Assembly: GCA_965223425.1 (NCBI GenBank)
Contig: OZ245003.1
Location: forward strand, 1,248,001-1,312,000
DNA from: Nitrosopumilus sp.
GTDB lineage: Archaea; Thermoproteota; Nitrososphaeria; Nitrososphaerales; Nitrosopumilaceae
Reading direction: 5' to 3'
Length of the DNA: 64,000 nt
Shown: piece by piece, positions 1 through 10,550 of the stretch
How the letters are laid out: each line of letters begins with the position of its first letter
Numbering within the stretch: the first letter of the stretch is position 1
Translations under genes and position numbers: made by a program
The notes under the pieces: generated by a model
What the model was told of the DNA's origin: nothing
Databases searched by the model: none
What the model saw: only the letters and a program-made list of their open reading frames with translations

Positions 1-159
1 GACTATCTGCAAGGAAGAGTTCATTTTGCTTTACTTGATCAAATGAAGCTTATGACCACATCTGGAATGACACAAACCCAAATCAAAGAGACAATCATTG
101 CCAATGTGACTGAAATTATAAATAACTTTGATCCTCAAAAAGAGTCAAAAAACCCCTGA
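1..159 (+). CDS. 3' end of a hypothetical protein (partial, enters from the window edge)
   Basis: Frame 1 is open from base 1 (DYLQGRVHFALLDQMKLM...ESKNP) to TGA at 157-159. Confidence 0.6.
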   Translation, partial: DYLQGRVHFALLDQMKLMTTSGMTQTQIKETIIANVTEIINNFDPQKESKNP

Positions 160-291
160 TTCCATTTTCGTTGATTCTGCCATGATAATTTTGTGGCACT
201 TGCAATAGCAATTAGTATGCGGCATGTCGTTCTGATTTCTATATTTGCACTCTTTTGTATGCTCCATCATTGACATTTTTCAGGAATCCGC

Positions 292-684
292 TTATGCCTT
301 TGTTGGATCTCGGCTCAATATGTTCAGTACATGCTCTACAATCTGTTTTTGACCTCCGGCATGAAGATCAGTTCGCACCTCATCTGAACCCAAACTCACA
401 AAAATCAGGTTGCTATCCTCTAATGGGAATGTCATTCTTGTAATTTTTTCAAATGCTGCCACTGCATACAACCCCTTTCCGATTTTTGGACCTAGCTCCT
501 TTCTTCCTTTCCACGCACTTGCGGCTCTTTTGAGAGATGCCTCTGTTTCTTCTGGGGATAAATAATTTCTGACCCCCTCTCGATGGCTTGTGGCAAGTAT
601 GATTCCTTCATTATCTGTAACTATGCTATGTCTGATATTGGGATCTGATTCCATTATTCTCTTTAATAGATTCTCAAAATTCAT
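292..684 (-). CDS. Roadblock/profilin-like thaumarchaeal protein (DUF6659-like)
   Basis: MNFENLLKRIMESDPNIRHSIVTDNEG...IGKGLYAVAAFEKITRMTFPL; resembles the paralog at 58575..58961. Confidence 0.65.
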   Translation of the reverse strand: MNFENLLKRIMESDPNIRHSIVTDNEGIILATSHREGVRNYLSPEETEASLKRAASAWKGRKELGPKIGKGLYAVAAFEKITRMTFPLEDSNLIFVSLGSDEVRTDLHAGGQKQIVEHVLNILSRDPTKA

Positions 685-1089
685 CCAATATCCTACCACA
701 AAATATTACTTAAGAGATCCTAAAAACTTCAGATCTGATTTTTAATTAAAATAAAAAAATGTAAATCTAGAATGCCTGATTGGCGTTTCTTGATTTTACA
801 CCGGCAATTGAGGCTACATTAAGAGCTAAAATTTGGCATTTTATTCTTCTGAAACAAGCCAGGATAATCCAATTGCTTCTTCCCACATTGGTCGATAATC
901 GTTATCTTGCATATTTTGATCAAGTAAAGTTTCTATTTAATACAGGTGAATGATTCATCAGTATCAATGATGTGTACAAATTGGTAGTAATTCTTTATAT
1001 CGCATTTTAGCTATTTTTAGTACCCGACCATGTGGTGATGATTCAAAATTCATAATATTTTGAATCTCATCATTTTGATTTGGAATGTC

Positions 1090-1563
1090 TCAGGCATTTG
1101 CAGTTTTTTCATAAAAAAATTCTTGCTTTTTCAAATCCTTTTCAGAAATAATCCTGCACTTTCTCATAGGAACTAGTCTGGAAATTTGCTCGTATGTTTT
1201 CATATCTCTGACATCTGCAGCATATGCAATTTGTAATAATGGTGATTTTTCCTCAATCATTGGTTTTGCTTGCTCATACCCGCTGCTTTGCCTCATCCCA
1301 GTCCTGAATAATCCTACATGCTTGTCACTTTTTGATATTTGCGGATCCTGATAGCAACAAATCGCAAATTCATCATCATCTTTTTCAATAATTGTCAATC
1401 TGGTGAATTTATCACTCCAATCTTCTACTTGTCTTGCAATAGAGATTGCCTCTTTTTTATCTTCAAAAACTGTAGATACAACCAATCTGTCTTTTTCATA
1501 TGCCCACGAAATTCCAAAAAAATTCCTGTGCCAATCAATTTCAAATGACATGTGTCTTGTCAA
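1090..1563 (-). CDS. hypothetical protein
   Basis: 157-aa ORF with normal composition; no family recognised. Confidence 0.6.
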   Translation of the reverse strand: MTRHMSFEIDWHRNFFGISWAYEKDRLVVSTVFEDKKEAISIARQVEDWSDKFTRLTIIEKDDDEFAICCYQDPQISKSDKHVGLFRTGMRQSSGYEQAKPMIEEKSPLLQIAYAADVRDMKTYEQISRLVPMRKCRIISEKDLKKQEFFYEKTANA

Positions 1564-1649
1564 AAAATTCTCAAATTAATGCTTTCGAATTCTGTTTAGA
1601 TCCGTAATTTCAAAATTAATCTAATCTGTTTTCAAAGAAAAAATGGCGA

Positions 1650-1916
1650 CTAGCAGTGTTGACCACATTCACAATTTCGACCAAATACAAGATTGCGAAA
1701 GAATCCCCTCATACGATTTTCAGGTACCGATATGTGGGCATGACTATCCCCACCAATAACGGGTTTTTTCTTTCCAACAATTCTGAATAGTGAAATTCCT
1801 GTTTCAGCGCTAGTTCCTTTTAGTGCCCACGAACCGTTCTTCATAAGATATGGCTGTGGATTCACCATTGACACTTTTTTTCGTGCCTTGATATCATATG
1901 CCTGTATTGTTGACAT
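1650..1916 (-). CDS. DUF5679-like small basic protein (Cys-free variant)
   Basis: QAYDIKARKKVSMVNPQPYLMKNGSWALKGTSAETGISLFRIVG follows the AYCVKC...MKNGR.A.KG.CP.CG..MFRI pattern with the four Cys replaced. Confidence 0.6.
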   Translation of the reverse strand: MSTIQAYDIKARKKVSMVNPQPYLMKNGSWALKGTSAETGISLFRIVGKKKPVIGGDSHAHISVPENRMRGFFRNLVFGRNCECGQHC

Positions 1917-2217
1917 TGCCTCTAATTGAAAATTTTCTATTATTGATAAAGAGTAAATTTTTTGCAGTTTATAGCTGAAATTATTTCTTTTATCCCCACC
2001 TGAACATTAGTTTTATTTTTTTATTTCAATCAAACAAATGCTTAACCACAGTTTTTCACCACATTCATTTAACGAAATCATATTTCGTGCCTAGGTTTGT
2101 CATATCCTTTATAGTCTGAGTCCTGTAAAAAAAATTCGTTTACTCCTAATTTGCATGCTCTTCAAAGAAAATAATAACTATTGCTAGTGACAACAGGCTA
2201 AATGTTTAATTCTGCCT

Positions 2218-3439
2218 ATGATTTCATTTTGTAACATAGATCTAACTCTTCTATATTATGCCGTCCTTACAGCATTTGCAGTTTTAATGGGTGCTGTATG
2301 TGTGGAATGGGCAAGACTGATCCGGACTGCAAGAGAATCACAAAAACACCTCCCATCAATAGGTGACAGTGAAGAATCATCAAAACCCATGATATCTGTA
2401 ATAGTGCCTGCAAAGGACGAAGAAGAGTATGTTGGTAAATGTATAAGATCGTTACTGGAACAAAACTATGAAAATTATGAGATAATACTTGTTGATGACT
2501 ACTCTGATGACATGACCTGGAATATCATGGACTGTTTTACCAAGAAACACAAGAATGTGACGGCATTTAGCACAAAAAAACCTGCAGAGTGGATGGGAAA
2601 GACATGGGCATGTTCAGAAGGTGTCAAAAAAGCATCTGGAGATATTTTGTTGTTTACTGATGCAGACACATCGTATGAGCCGCACGCGTTAAGCAGAACA
2701 ATATCGTATATGGAATCACATGACCTTGACTGCCTCACACTCACACAAAGACTGAACATTCCAGAGATGTGGGTGCGTGCAACTCTGCCTGCAATCACTT
2801 CGTTTAAACTAGTTTATCCAGATGGGATAATCAGGTATTCTTCAAAAGCAATAAACGATGAAAAGAATTCAATGGGCGGCGTTAACGGATCATTTTTTAT
2901 GGTGAAAAGACCAGTCTATGAAAGTAGGCGGGTTTGAAAAGGTTAAACATTTCATAGTTGAAGACTGGGCCATTGGAAAGAACATAAAAAATGCCAAATA
3001 CAAGATGCGCCTTGTAAACGGTAGTGACATCCTAAGTGCACTGTGGGCGCGTGATCTTCCAACACTGAATAATGTGCTGAGCAGGCTTATGCTGCCTTTT
3101 GTAAAAAACGCAAAAACAAAGGGAATCAATTACGGTCTCGCTTTATTGTTCCTGCTCTTTTTACCATATCCACTAACAGTAATCTCACTTGTCTTACATT
3201 TAGGATATGGTGATTTTTTCTCACTTGCGTTACTAGCCATATCTGCAACTGCATCCTTGTTACACATGATCTCATATGGAATACAGGCAAAGATGTTTGG
3301 AATATCACTCAAAAAGATATTCCTAGCACCCTTGGGAGGATTTGTTGCATCAGTTGGTTTCCTAGATGGCTTGCGCGCAAAAAAGACTGTGTGACGGGGC
3401 CGTCAGATTTCATCAGAAGACATTACAATTAAATCATGA
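2218..3439 (+). pseudogene. Family 2 glycosyltransferase, frameshifted and nonsense-mutated
   Basis: ISVIVPAKDEE, LVDDYSDD, GKTWA, FTDAD and IVEDWAIG motifs are split over two frames at about 2918-2925 (VYE/KVGGF). The in-frame TGA at 3392 replaces the W of the typical C-terminal W(K/R)GR motif (gtg TGA cgg ggc cgt). Confidence 0.85.
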
Positions 3440-3725
3440 ATTATTTTGAAACTAGTTTAAAATCAAATAACATCAACTGAGTTAAAATTAATGAAAAAAA
3501 CATTAACAGAACGAGATAATTTCCTGCATCTGCATATACCAAATAATGTTGATTATCAATCAAACATACAAAAAACTTTGGTTTTTTTATTTTTTGCCGC
3601 ATTCACATTAAATGAAATCACGATGCCTTTTTGAATTTGTATTTAATCGCATACAGTACGTTATCAATGGGAATTCTCATGCAATCCTGCAGGCACAAAT
3701 ATGTAAATTCTGTTAAATGAATATG

Positions 3726-3824
3726 AGACCTTATGCGTAATCGATCAAACTAATATTGCTAGATGATTTTTACCTTAGTAAACCAATTTGATTTTGAATT
3801 CTTAGTCGATTACGCATAAGGTCT
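3726..3824. mobile_element. MITE (99 bp) related to the IS5/ISL2-like element at 55617..57226
   Basis: Perfect 19-bp TIR agaccttatgcgtaatcga (3726-3744 / 3806-3824), no ORF; the TIR resembles agacattatgcataattga of the IS end at 57206-57226. Confidence 0.75.
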
Positions 3825-3903
3825 ATGGTGGAAAGTGCTCATTAAATAAACAAATGTTTGAAACATGATCTAATTTCTTTTATATCTCAAGGCCCTACTA
3901 GTT

Positions 3904-3960
3904 ATGGCGCCTTCGTTTAGTGGTCTAGGCATGCTATAAACGACCACTACTCCAAGACGT
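3904..3960 (+). other. Candidate small structured RNA or 11-aa leader peptide
   Basis: TATA-like ttttatat at about 3878-3885; GC-richer 57 nt with competing stems tagtggtc/gaccacta and cgttta/taaacg; T-rich tract follows. Confidence 0.3.
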
Positions 3961-4113
3961 CTATTTCTCTTGTTTTTTAAATAATGCTTCTTCTGGAGTC
4001 TTTTCTTTGTTTGATTCCCAGTGCCAACTGTGATGTTTTTTCCAATGTCTGTCTAATTCATTTGTAGTTGGCTCTTTTCCAAGCGGTGTACCGCATAACT
4101 TGCACTGCTTCAT
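3961..4113 (-). CDS. Small C2H2-like zinc-binding protein (50 aa)
   Basis: MKQCKLCGTPLGKEPTTNELDRHWKKHHSWHWES...; below the ORF-track cutoff, translated by hand. Confidence 0.7.
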   Translation of the reverse strand: MKQCKLCGTPLGKEPTTNELDRHWKKHHSWHWESNKEKTPEEALFKKQEK

Positions 4114-4190
4114 TTTTTAGTTCTCCTGATTTTTTCTTTTTTGGTTTTAATGTCAGATGGCATTGTGCAGGAAAATTTTCATCATCGTCA

Positions 4191-4529
4191 TCATCCATTA
4201 TTTTCCCTCTTCTTTTTCTTAAATGACTTTGTTTTCTCTCTTTTTCTCTTTCTTTCCAAATCCATAATATGGTATGTTTGTCCTAACTCACACAGCTTCA
4301 TTTCTCCTGTAATTTCATCATGAACTGACTCTAGCGTTCCATCTGTTAGTAATTCTCCAACAATGCCCCAAGCATTACTTTCTGAAATTCCAAATTTGTA
4401 TGGTACTGTGGAAATTTTGGTAAAAAAACCGTTCCTTGAATTTCTGATGATAAATTCATGGATTTTTTGTTCTATTGTTAGTGTGGATCCTCTCTTCTTA
4501 AATTTCCTAAATGATTTTCTTTCTGACAA
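4191..4529 (-). CDS. hypothetical basic protein (possible wHTH)
   Basis: 112-aa Lys/Arg-rich ORF. Confidence 0.65.
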   Translation of the reverse strand: MSERKSFRKFKKRGSTLTIEQKIHEFIIRNSRNGFFTKISTVPYKFGISESNAWGIVGELLTDGTLESVHDEITGEMKLCELGQTYHIMDLERKRKREKTKSFKKKKRENNG

Positions 4530-5205
4530 TGTTTTTTTCCATCTTTTTTAATATTTTAGGTATGATAATTTTCTTCAGGCATGAAAAAAACAATTTTTTG
4601 TGATGATGATCTTGAACAATAATTAGTAGACATTGTTGAGTGCATTTTTTGTTGCAACACCATGTTTTGTATAACATCTTGCATGGTTTAACCTTTTACA
4701 AGATGTTACTTGATCTGTCTAAATAGATAGAAATGCTATTTTTAGCCATATCTGACAAAATATGTTCTAGATCTCTTCTAACGCATATTAAAAAGATGAA
4801 ACATATCTTAACTAGTTGGCATGCGTTGTGTACAACGGTTTATCATCCGTAAAAAAGAGCTAGATCTTTAATTCTGACATTTTAGAGCTAAAACCATTCC
4901 AAAAAAATTAGTGTTTTTCTAGCTGCTTTTGTAATGTTACAAGTGACTAGTCAATATTTTGTTATTTTCTGATATTCAACCAAAACAAAACTTTCTAGTT
5001 AAAAAATAATCATAATCTAATTCTGATTAGTCATTATCTCTGCCATGCCTCTGGACTTGTATCTCTAATTTGTTTATGATTTTTTTTTTTGAATTCTATA
5101 GATAATTCCTTTAGAGTAGATGTCAGAACACTCCATCAAGGCCGTTCTTGTGACTATCCTATGTCTTCTCAAAAAATACAATCAATCTGACAGGTCAGGC
5201 ACGAA

Positions 5206-5441
5206 TCACTTTACAAGTCCATTGTTATAATCGCTGATGAACTCTTTTTTTAATTGCAGCTTTTCTCAATATGCCCAAAAACAATCCGATTTTTAGTTTG
5301 TTATTCCCTGCAGGAACAGTAACTGCCGTGTCGACATTTCTTAGCGTAACATGACTGCCTTTTCTACTAGCTATGGAAAATTTTTTTTTTGAGCAAATAA
5401 TTTATCATTGTGTTTCCAGAAACACGTGGAACTTTTGTCAT
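5206..5441 (-). pseudogene. hicA: HicA-family mRNase toxin, frameshifted in an A10 run
   Basis: MTKVPRVSGNTMINYLLKKK / FSIASRKGSHVTLRNVDTAVTVP...LKIGLFLGILRKA carries the RKGSH motif; the frame breaks at the homopolymer 5381-5390; ATG overlaps the hicB stop (TAATG). Confidence 0.85.
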
Positions 5442-5656
5442 TATGTGTTTTGAATGACCAACGTGTTAAAATCATCTGTATTGCCGCTTTCCTCAGCTGC
5501 AAGTTCCATAGCTTCTTTTATGTTTTCCATAATTTCACCATATGTCTCGCCTTGTGAAAAAGCACTTAATTCATCACATTCTCCTATAAAGCCACCATCT
5601 ATTTTATCTGGAGTTATGACTACTGTGTATGTTTTTTTCTGGATTGTCGTACTCAT
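5441..5656 (-). CDS. hicB: HicB-family antitoxin
   Basis: YTVVITPDKIDGGFIGECDELSAFSQGETYGEIMENIKEAMEL, a HicB-like signature. Confidence 0.85.
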   Translation of the reverse strand: MSTTIQKKTYTVVITPDKIDGGFIGECDELSAFSQGETYGEIMENIKEAMELAAEESGNTDDFNTLVIQNT

Positions 5657-5672
5657 AACACAATTGTGTTAC

Positions 5673-5912
5673 CTAGAGTATTAAATTTATTCTAAGTTCT
5701 GGGCGTAAAGTAATCAACAATATGATAATTCCGATATTTTTTGATGCATTAACTCCCGACAGGATTGACGCAATCTTTTGTTCTTCTTCTAGATCCTCAG
5801 GAAAATGAATCTTAATGTGATTTAGAATGGCTTGGCTAATCTTTGGTTGTGCAGATACTTCAGCCAAAAGACGAATGTTTAGTCGGGATAAAAATCTGTA
5901 AAGATGATTCAA
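5673..5912 (-). pseudogene. Type I restriction-modification specificity subunit (HsdS) C-terminal remnant
   Basis: AQPKISQAILNHIKIHFP..LEEEQKIASILS matches the conserved HsdS repeat. Confidence 0.65.
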
Positions 5913-6115
5913 TTATTGGTTCCTGATTTAAGAAATTCCAATGTACATTCTGCAAGCTCCTTGCCATTATGTTTCTTAATTTGATGCTTACAATTGGGAC
6001 AGATTCCTGTTTCTTCCTCTGTAGTTTCATCCCCTACCTGTTTCATGCAACACTCCATTAATTCTGATGTTGAATGAGACTCCATTGCTAGTTTACACGT
6101 AGGACATTCTGTCAT
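5909..6115 (-). CDS. Small protein with two CxxC-x5-H-x7-C metal-binding repeats
   Basis: CPTCKLAMESHSTSELMEC and CPNCKHQIKKHNGKELAEC. Confidence 0.7.
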   Translation of the reverse strand: MTECPTCKLAMESHSTSELMECCMKQVGDETTEEETGICPNCKHQIKKHNGKELAECTLEFLKSGTNN

Positions 6116-6382
6116 GTTGTTCTATGTTTTATCAAAAAGTAATAGCTAATAAAATGTGATATGTGCGCATCTTCAATACTGTCTAGTTACTGGCAATTCT
6201 TATTTTACCAGACCATCGGCCACAGATAAATTGGTAACCAATGCCGAGTTGTGATTACCAAACCCCTTCAACCTGTGGCAATATTCTTTCTTCACAATTA
6301 CCGTTAAAATAAAAAAAGTACGTAAAAATTGATTCAAACATTCAAAAAATTCAATCCAGCCTGTATTCTATATTTTTGATAG

Positions 6383-7518
6383 TGTGGGATCCTAAAAGTA
6401 GTTCATCCCCCTGCTACTTGGTTTCATATTCCTCCCCTGTCTGCTCATCTACGACTATTTCCCCCTTTGGCGGCATCTTGCGCACAAAGGCCTGTGCAGG
6501 CGTTTCCCTCTGCTTTCTGTTCAGTGACATGTGGGGCCTGCGGTTGTTGTACCAGTCCATGAGCAGGTCCACCGGATCGCTTTTGCGCATCATGATTGCC
6601 ACAAACTCCGGAAGCTTGCGCTGTATCTCGCCGTGCAGGCGCTCCAGCTTTCCATTGGTTTGCGGGTGTCCTACTCCTGCAAGAATCTGTTTTATTCCAA
6701 GCTCGACTAGCCTTTTTTCAAACCTGCTTGCGCCCCCCTTGCCTTGGCCTCCTTTTCGTTTGCATAAAACTGCGAGCCGTGATCCGTCATGACTGCCGCA
6801 GGCTTGCCGTGGTTCCTTATGGCCTGATCCAGCACCCTGAGTGCGTTTTCTGTCGTGGCATTATCAAACATGCCGTATCCTGTCACGAACCTGGAGGCGT
6901 CGTCCTCGTAGCACAGGAACCACCTGCCGTCATCAAGCAGCTTGTAGTCAGTATGCCACAGGGAGTTTGAGTAGGTGCGCTCGTAGCGAACCCATCTTCG
7001 CTTTTTGCCCTTCCTTGACTCCTCTGATGCCATGTCTTCGTCCCTCAATATCCTGTGGATGGTGTTGTGGGGGATATTTATTCCGGTCTGATCCCTGACT
7101 GCATCTTGTATGTTTGCAGCACCCAGGTGCTCCTGACACCGTACGGCAAGGACTGCAGAATGCTCCCTGCGTCCTGGCATGCCGTTTTTGGGCCTTCCCA
7201 TCAGTGCAGGATGTGATATGTCCTGTATCGTGTGGTTTCTGTGCCTGGCCCACAGCTTTTGGACCCACCGTACTGACACTTTCATGGATTGGGCTATCTG
7301 GGAGTTGGCAAGACGGCCCTTTCTCTTTTCTTGCACTATCCATGTACCTGTGATTTCTTTAGTTTCATGTTGTTGGGGTGTTCCAAACTTGTGTATCTTC
7401 CTAGCCTTTTCTTCCAGACCCACACACCCTTGTTTCCTGTGACAGTAAGGTCGATGCGCCTGTTCTTTATCGACTTTACATACTCGGAGAAGGGGTGAAC
7501 TACTTTTTGTACAAGACA
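6383..7518 (-). mobile_element. IS481-family element with a frameshifted transposase (6414..7423)
   Basis: rve-type DDE motifs WHTDYK, EDDASRFV, MTDHGSQF and, in the shifted frame, HPQTNGKLER and YNNRRPH; TGT...ACA ends with 23-bp imperfect IRs sharing aaaagtagttca; GC higher than host; no TSD seen. Confidence 0.85.
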
Positions 7519-7570
7519 GGTAATATAAGCTCTAGAAAAGCACAATAAAGACTAATTTCTAAAAATATTA

Positions 7571-8743
7571 TTGAAATTTAATACTATAACATTTCAAAAT
7601 TTTGGCCCAATTAAAGAAGGAATTATTTCCAAAAATAAGATAATGATATTTTTTGGACCCAATAATTCTGGGAAATCATTAGTGTCAAGATTCATTCACT
7701 CATTAACATCTCATGATCTGCCAAAATTCCCTAGCAAAAGACCGTTTGTCCGTATGTCGAAAATTAGCAAGGAGGAGTGGTATGATGCATTTGGTTTCTA
7801 CATGTTAGAATATAGTGGAATTAAATATGATGCTGCTGTAACTTTTCGAAAAAATAAATGTATAATTGAAGCAAAAACTAATCAAAAATGTATTAAATTT
7901 GAATTTAGTAATAATTTAAAAAATTATCATCATAAAGTAAACACGTGGATGTTGTTTGATCGTTCTTATCGTTATGATTTACCAAAATCTAAAAATCGAA
8001 ACAGTGTTTATATTCCTGCTGCAAGAACTGGAACTTTACAATTTTTCACTATCATTACACAAATGAGAAGTAGGTTACTTAGTGAAATTTTACACACTCT
8101 TGGTGATACCAAACATTTTTCAACAGAAAAAACATCTGATAAAGATATTCGCAGATTTTTACGTTCATTAGGGCAATTTCCTGCTTATCTTGAAGAATTT
8201 TATGATTTAATTCTAGAAGCACAAACTCAGGGATTAGATGGTGAAATACGGGATTTAATTAAATCGATGTATGGTGGTGATTTGACTTTATATCCGTCAC
8301 GTGGATTACCTATTATTCATTATACTGATCCAATGGGATTTTCTACAGAAATTGAAAGAGCAGGATCAGGGGTTATTTCTTCTTTTCCTATATTATTGGG
8401 AGCAAATAAAGTTGCCACAAAAGGAACTCTGATTGTTGAAGAACCTGAAGCTCACATTGAGCCGTCAAAACAGCTAATCTTGATAGAGGACCTGTGTAGA
8501 ATATCTATTTCTAGAGGTAATACTTTATTGCTAACAACACACAGCGATTACATTATTAAAAAAATTCTTGCAATGATAAGTCAAGGAAAACTTAAAAATC
8601 AAGATGTAAGTTTATTCTTTTTTGAAAAACCTAAAGATAAATTTACTACAATAAAAAAGATAAAAATTGACAAAGAAGGTATTGCTGAACAACCAAATTT
8701 TCAAGATGCCTTAGACTCTCTTATATCTGACTTTTCAAAATAA
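7571..8743 (+). CDS. ABC-type (AAA_15/AAA_21-like) ATPase with a DUF3696-like C-terminus
   Basis: NFGPI, Walker A GPNNSGKS, YIPAAR, signature AGSG, Walker B IVEEPEAHIEP, H-loop TTHSDY. Confidence 0.9.
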   Translation: MKFNTITFQNFGPIKEGIISKNKIMIFFGPNNSGKSLVSRFIHSLTSHDLPKFPSKRPFVRMSKISKEEWYDAFGFYMLEYSGIKYDAAVTFRKNKCIIEAKTNQKCIKFEFSNNLKNYHHKVNTWMLFDRSYRYDLPKSKNRNSVYIPAARTGTLQFFTIITQMRSRLLSEILHTLGDTKHFSTEKTSDKDIRRFLRSLGQFPAYLEEFYDLILEAQTQGLDGEIRDLIKSMYGGDLTLYPSRGLPIIHYTDPMGFSTEIERAGSGVISSFPILLGANKVATKGTLIVEEPEAHIEPSKQLILIEDLCRISISRGNTLLLTTHSDYIIKKILAMISQGKLKNQDVSLFFFEKPKDKFTTIKKIKIDKEGIAEQPNFQDALDSLISDFSK

Positions 8744-8744
8744 A

Positions 8745-9308
8745 TTGATTACAAAACATAACTTGGTATTAATACTTGACACAAACGTCGTAGGAGATAT
8801 TATTGAACAAAGTATGCAAGATAATTACTATAATATATTTGATTTATGGCTAGGAACAATAATTAAGAAAATAACAAAAAATATTCCAAACAGAACCATT
8901 ACTTTTATTTTAAACAAGTCTATGATAAAAGATTACAAAACAGGATTGTCTAAACGTGGATTTCCAAAAATAGCTAAACCTATTGAACTTCTATTTGATA
9001 AATCACTAACAAATAAACAGAAACTTTCAAATTCAAAAAAAATTGAATTTATATTTCAAAAAATTTCTATGCATCACGTATCTGAAGAAACGAAAATTAA
9101 GGATAAATATGATCGAGTATTTTCAGATGTTACAAAATTTGCATTAGATTTTAGAAAATTTTCTGATAAATACATAATTTTAGCAACTAAAGATACTACT
9201 ACTTTTTCTGATTTAGAATCTATTTTTACGTCTAAACTGTATGCAAATGGTGGAAGATTATTATTAGTTAAAAGTCTTGAAAATTTAGAAAAAACTATAG
9301 AGTGTTAA
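8745..9308 (+). CDS. PIN-domain-like protein (putative nuclease)
   Basis: N-terminal LILDTNVV, later DKYDRVF and ILATKD acidic motifs; starts 1 bp after the ATPase stop. Confidence 0.6.
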   Translation: MITKHNLVLILDTNVVGDIIEQSMQDNYYNIFDLWLGTIIKKITKNIPNRTITFILNKSMIKDYKTGLSKRGFPKIAKPIELLFDKSLTNKQKLSNSKKIEFIFQKISMHHVSEETKIKDKYDRVFSDVTKFALDFRKFSDKYIILATKDTTTFSDLESIFTSKLYANGGRLLLVKSLENLEKTIEC

Positions 9309-9629
9309 AGGCAGATTGTAAAATAAAATTTTTACGCTGGTAAATCTCCAAGAATTTTTGAATGCCTGTTAAACTCAAGTGTTAGACATATCGGTAAGAA
9401 TAAACGGCTAATGGTGATAAAGCTGAATCTTCTTTCCAACAACTTAGTCGCTTCTTAATGCAACAAAAGAGCCGTGACATCATGGAAAGGCAAAGGTACA
9501 CAGACCGTTTGCACATTCATCACTTGATGGAATGATTGCAGCAGTGATAAAATTCTACAGGACATGTCACTTCAAGCTGGACACGATAAAATATATCCAA
9601 AGAAAGCAGTGGATTGCACTTTTTTATGA

Positions 9630-10040
9630 TCTGAAGTATAGGTCATACTAGCGACAAATCATTTGATGTTTTCTACTGAATCACCACAAACAATTTTTGA
9701 CACTAAAGGATACATAACTCCAGATAGATTTGAAGAATTTTACATTGACCAAAAAATATTGTTAGAACAAGAAAAACAACCAAGAGCAAAAACTACGTCA
9801 CTTGAGAATAAAATATCTAAGGAACAACTACAATACGACAAATATTATAAACAATATCAACATTATGATGGTAAATTCTTTCTAATAGTGAATACAAGAA
9901 AGCACAACAAGTACTTGCTCAATTAAATTCATCTGCTAAAAAAATCAATAAAATGACTGATCAGCAAAACCTGCCAATAGGAAAAATCAACAATACTGTC
10001 AATCAACTAAATTGCAAACCCAATTTTGAAGTTAATCTTA
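9630..10040 (+). pseudogene. Decayed matrixin-like metalloprotease C-terminal remnant
   Basis: GHTSDK../HLMFSTESPQTIFDTKGYITPDRFEEFY, a coiled coil and ...NQLNC resemble HLMYGTNPPIVDNFESMKYIVPASLDGSF...EMNC of 22867..24102; boundaries approximate. Confidence 0.55.
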
Positions 10041-10550
10041 GCTATCCAAATAATATGATAAATCCTATTACTGATGCCATTATTGAAATTCCCATCCATA
10101 CATAAAATTTGCCCATCATCACTAACTGTCAAATTCTACTAAAATTAATAGTTTGGAATTTGGAAAGCAAGCAAGTATGATATCTTTTTTGCATCGACTC
10201 TTTGGGAGTTACAGACAGATATCAAACCAGCAAACACCTTGCTTCCAATCTTTGTAATGCTCTATATTTTCAAAAATTCTTAAAATAAAACATGTCTTCA
10301 AATTTAACCAAAATGGGTTGAAAAAATGATCTATTTTTAATTCTGAGAAAAACCCAGCCTCAACTTCATGTTATGGATATGTGCTCAAACTGCACATGCA
10401 GCCTCTTTTAGCCTAGCCTGCTTATTGATTTTTGAATCCCGCTTTACTGCGTTCCTGCGCCTGCCTTAACTGACCATGCCTTGGAATTCAGATACTGCCA
10501 AACATCATTATTATAGCAAAAAATTTTTCAATTCTTAAAACTATCGAGTA

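Noticed and set aside
3392-3394. TGA recoding (Trp or Sec) in the GT2 gene
   Set aside because: TGA is used as a normal stop elsewhere in the window and the gene also has a frameshift.
3906-3960. tRNA gene or split tRNA half
   Set aside because: The 5' end resembles an acceptor and D arm, but there is no anticodon stem or T-loop.
10330-10510. GC-richer fragment resembling a transposase 3' remnant
   Set aside because: Too degraded to assign a family or boundaries.
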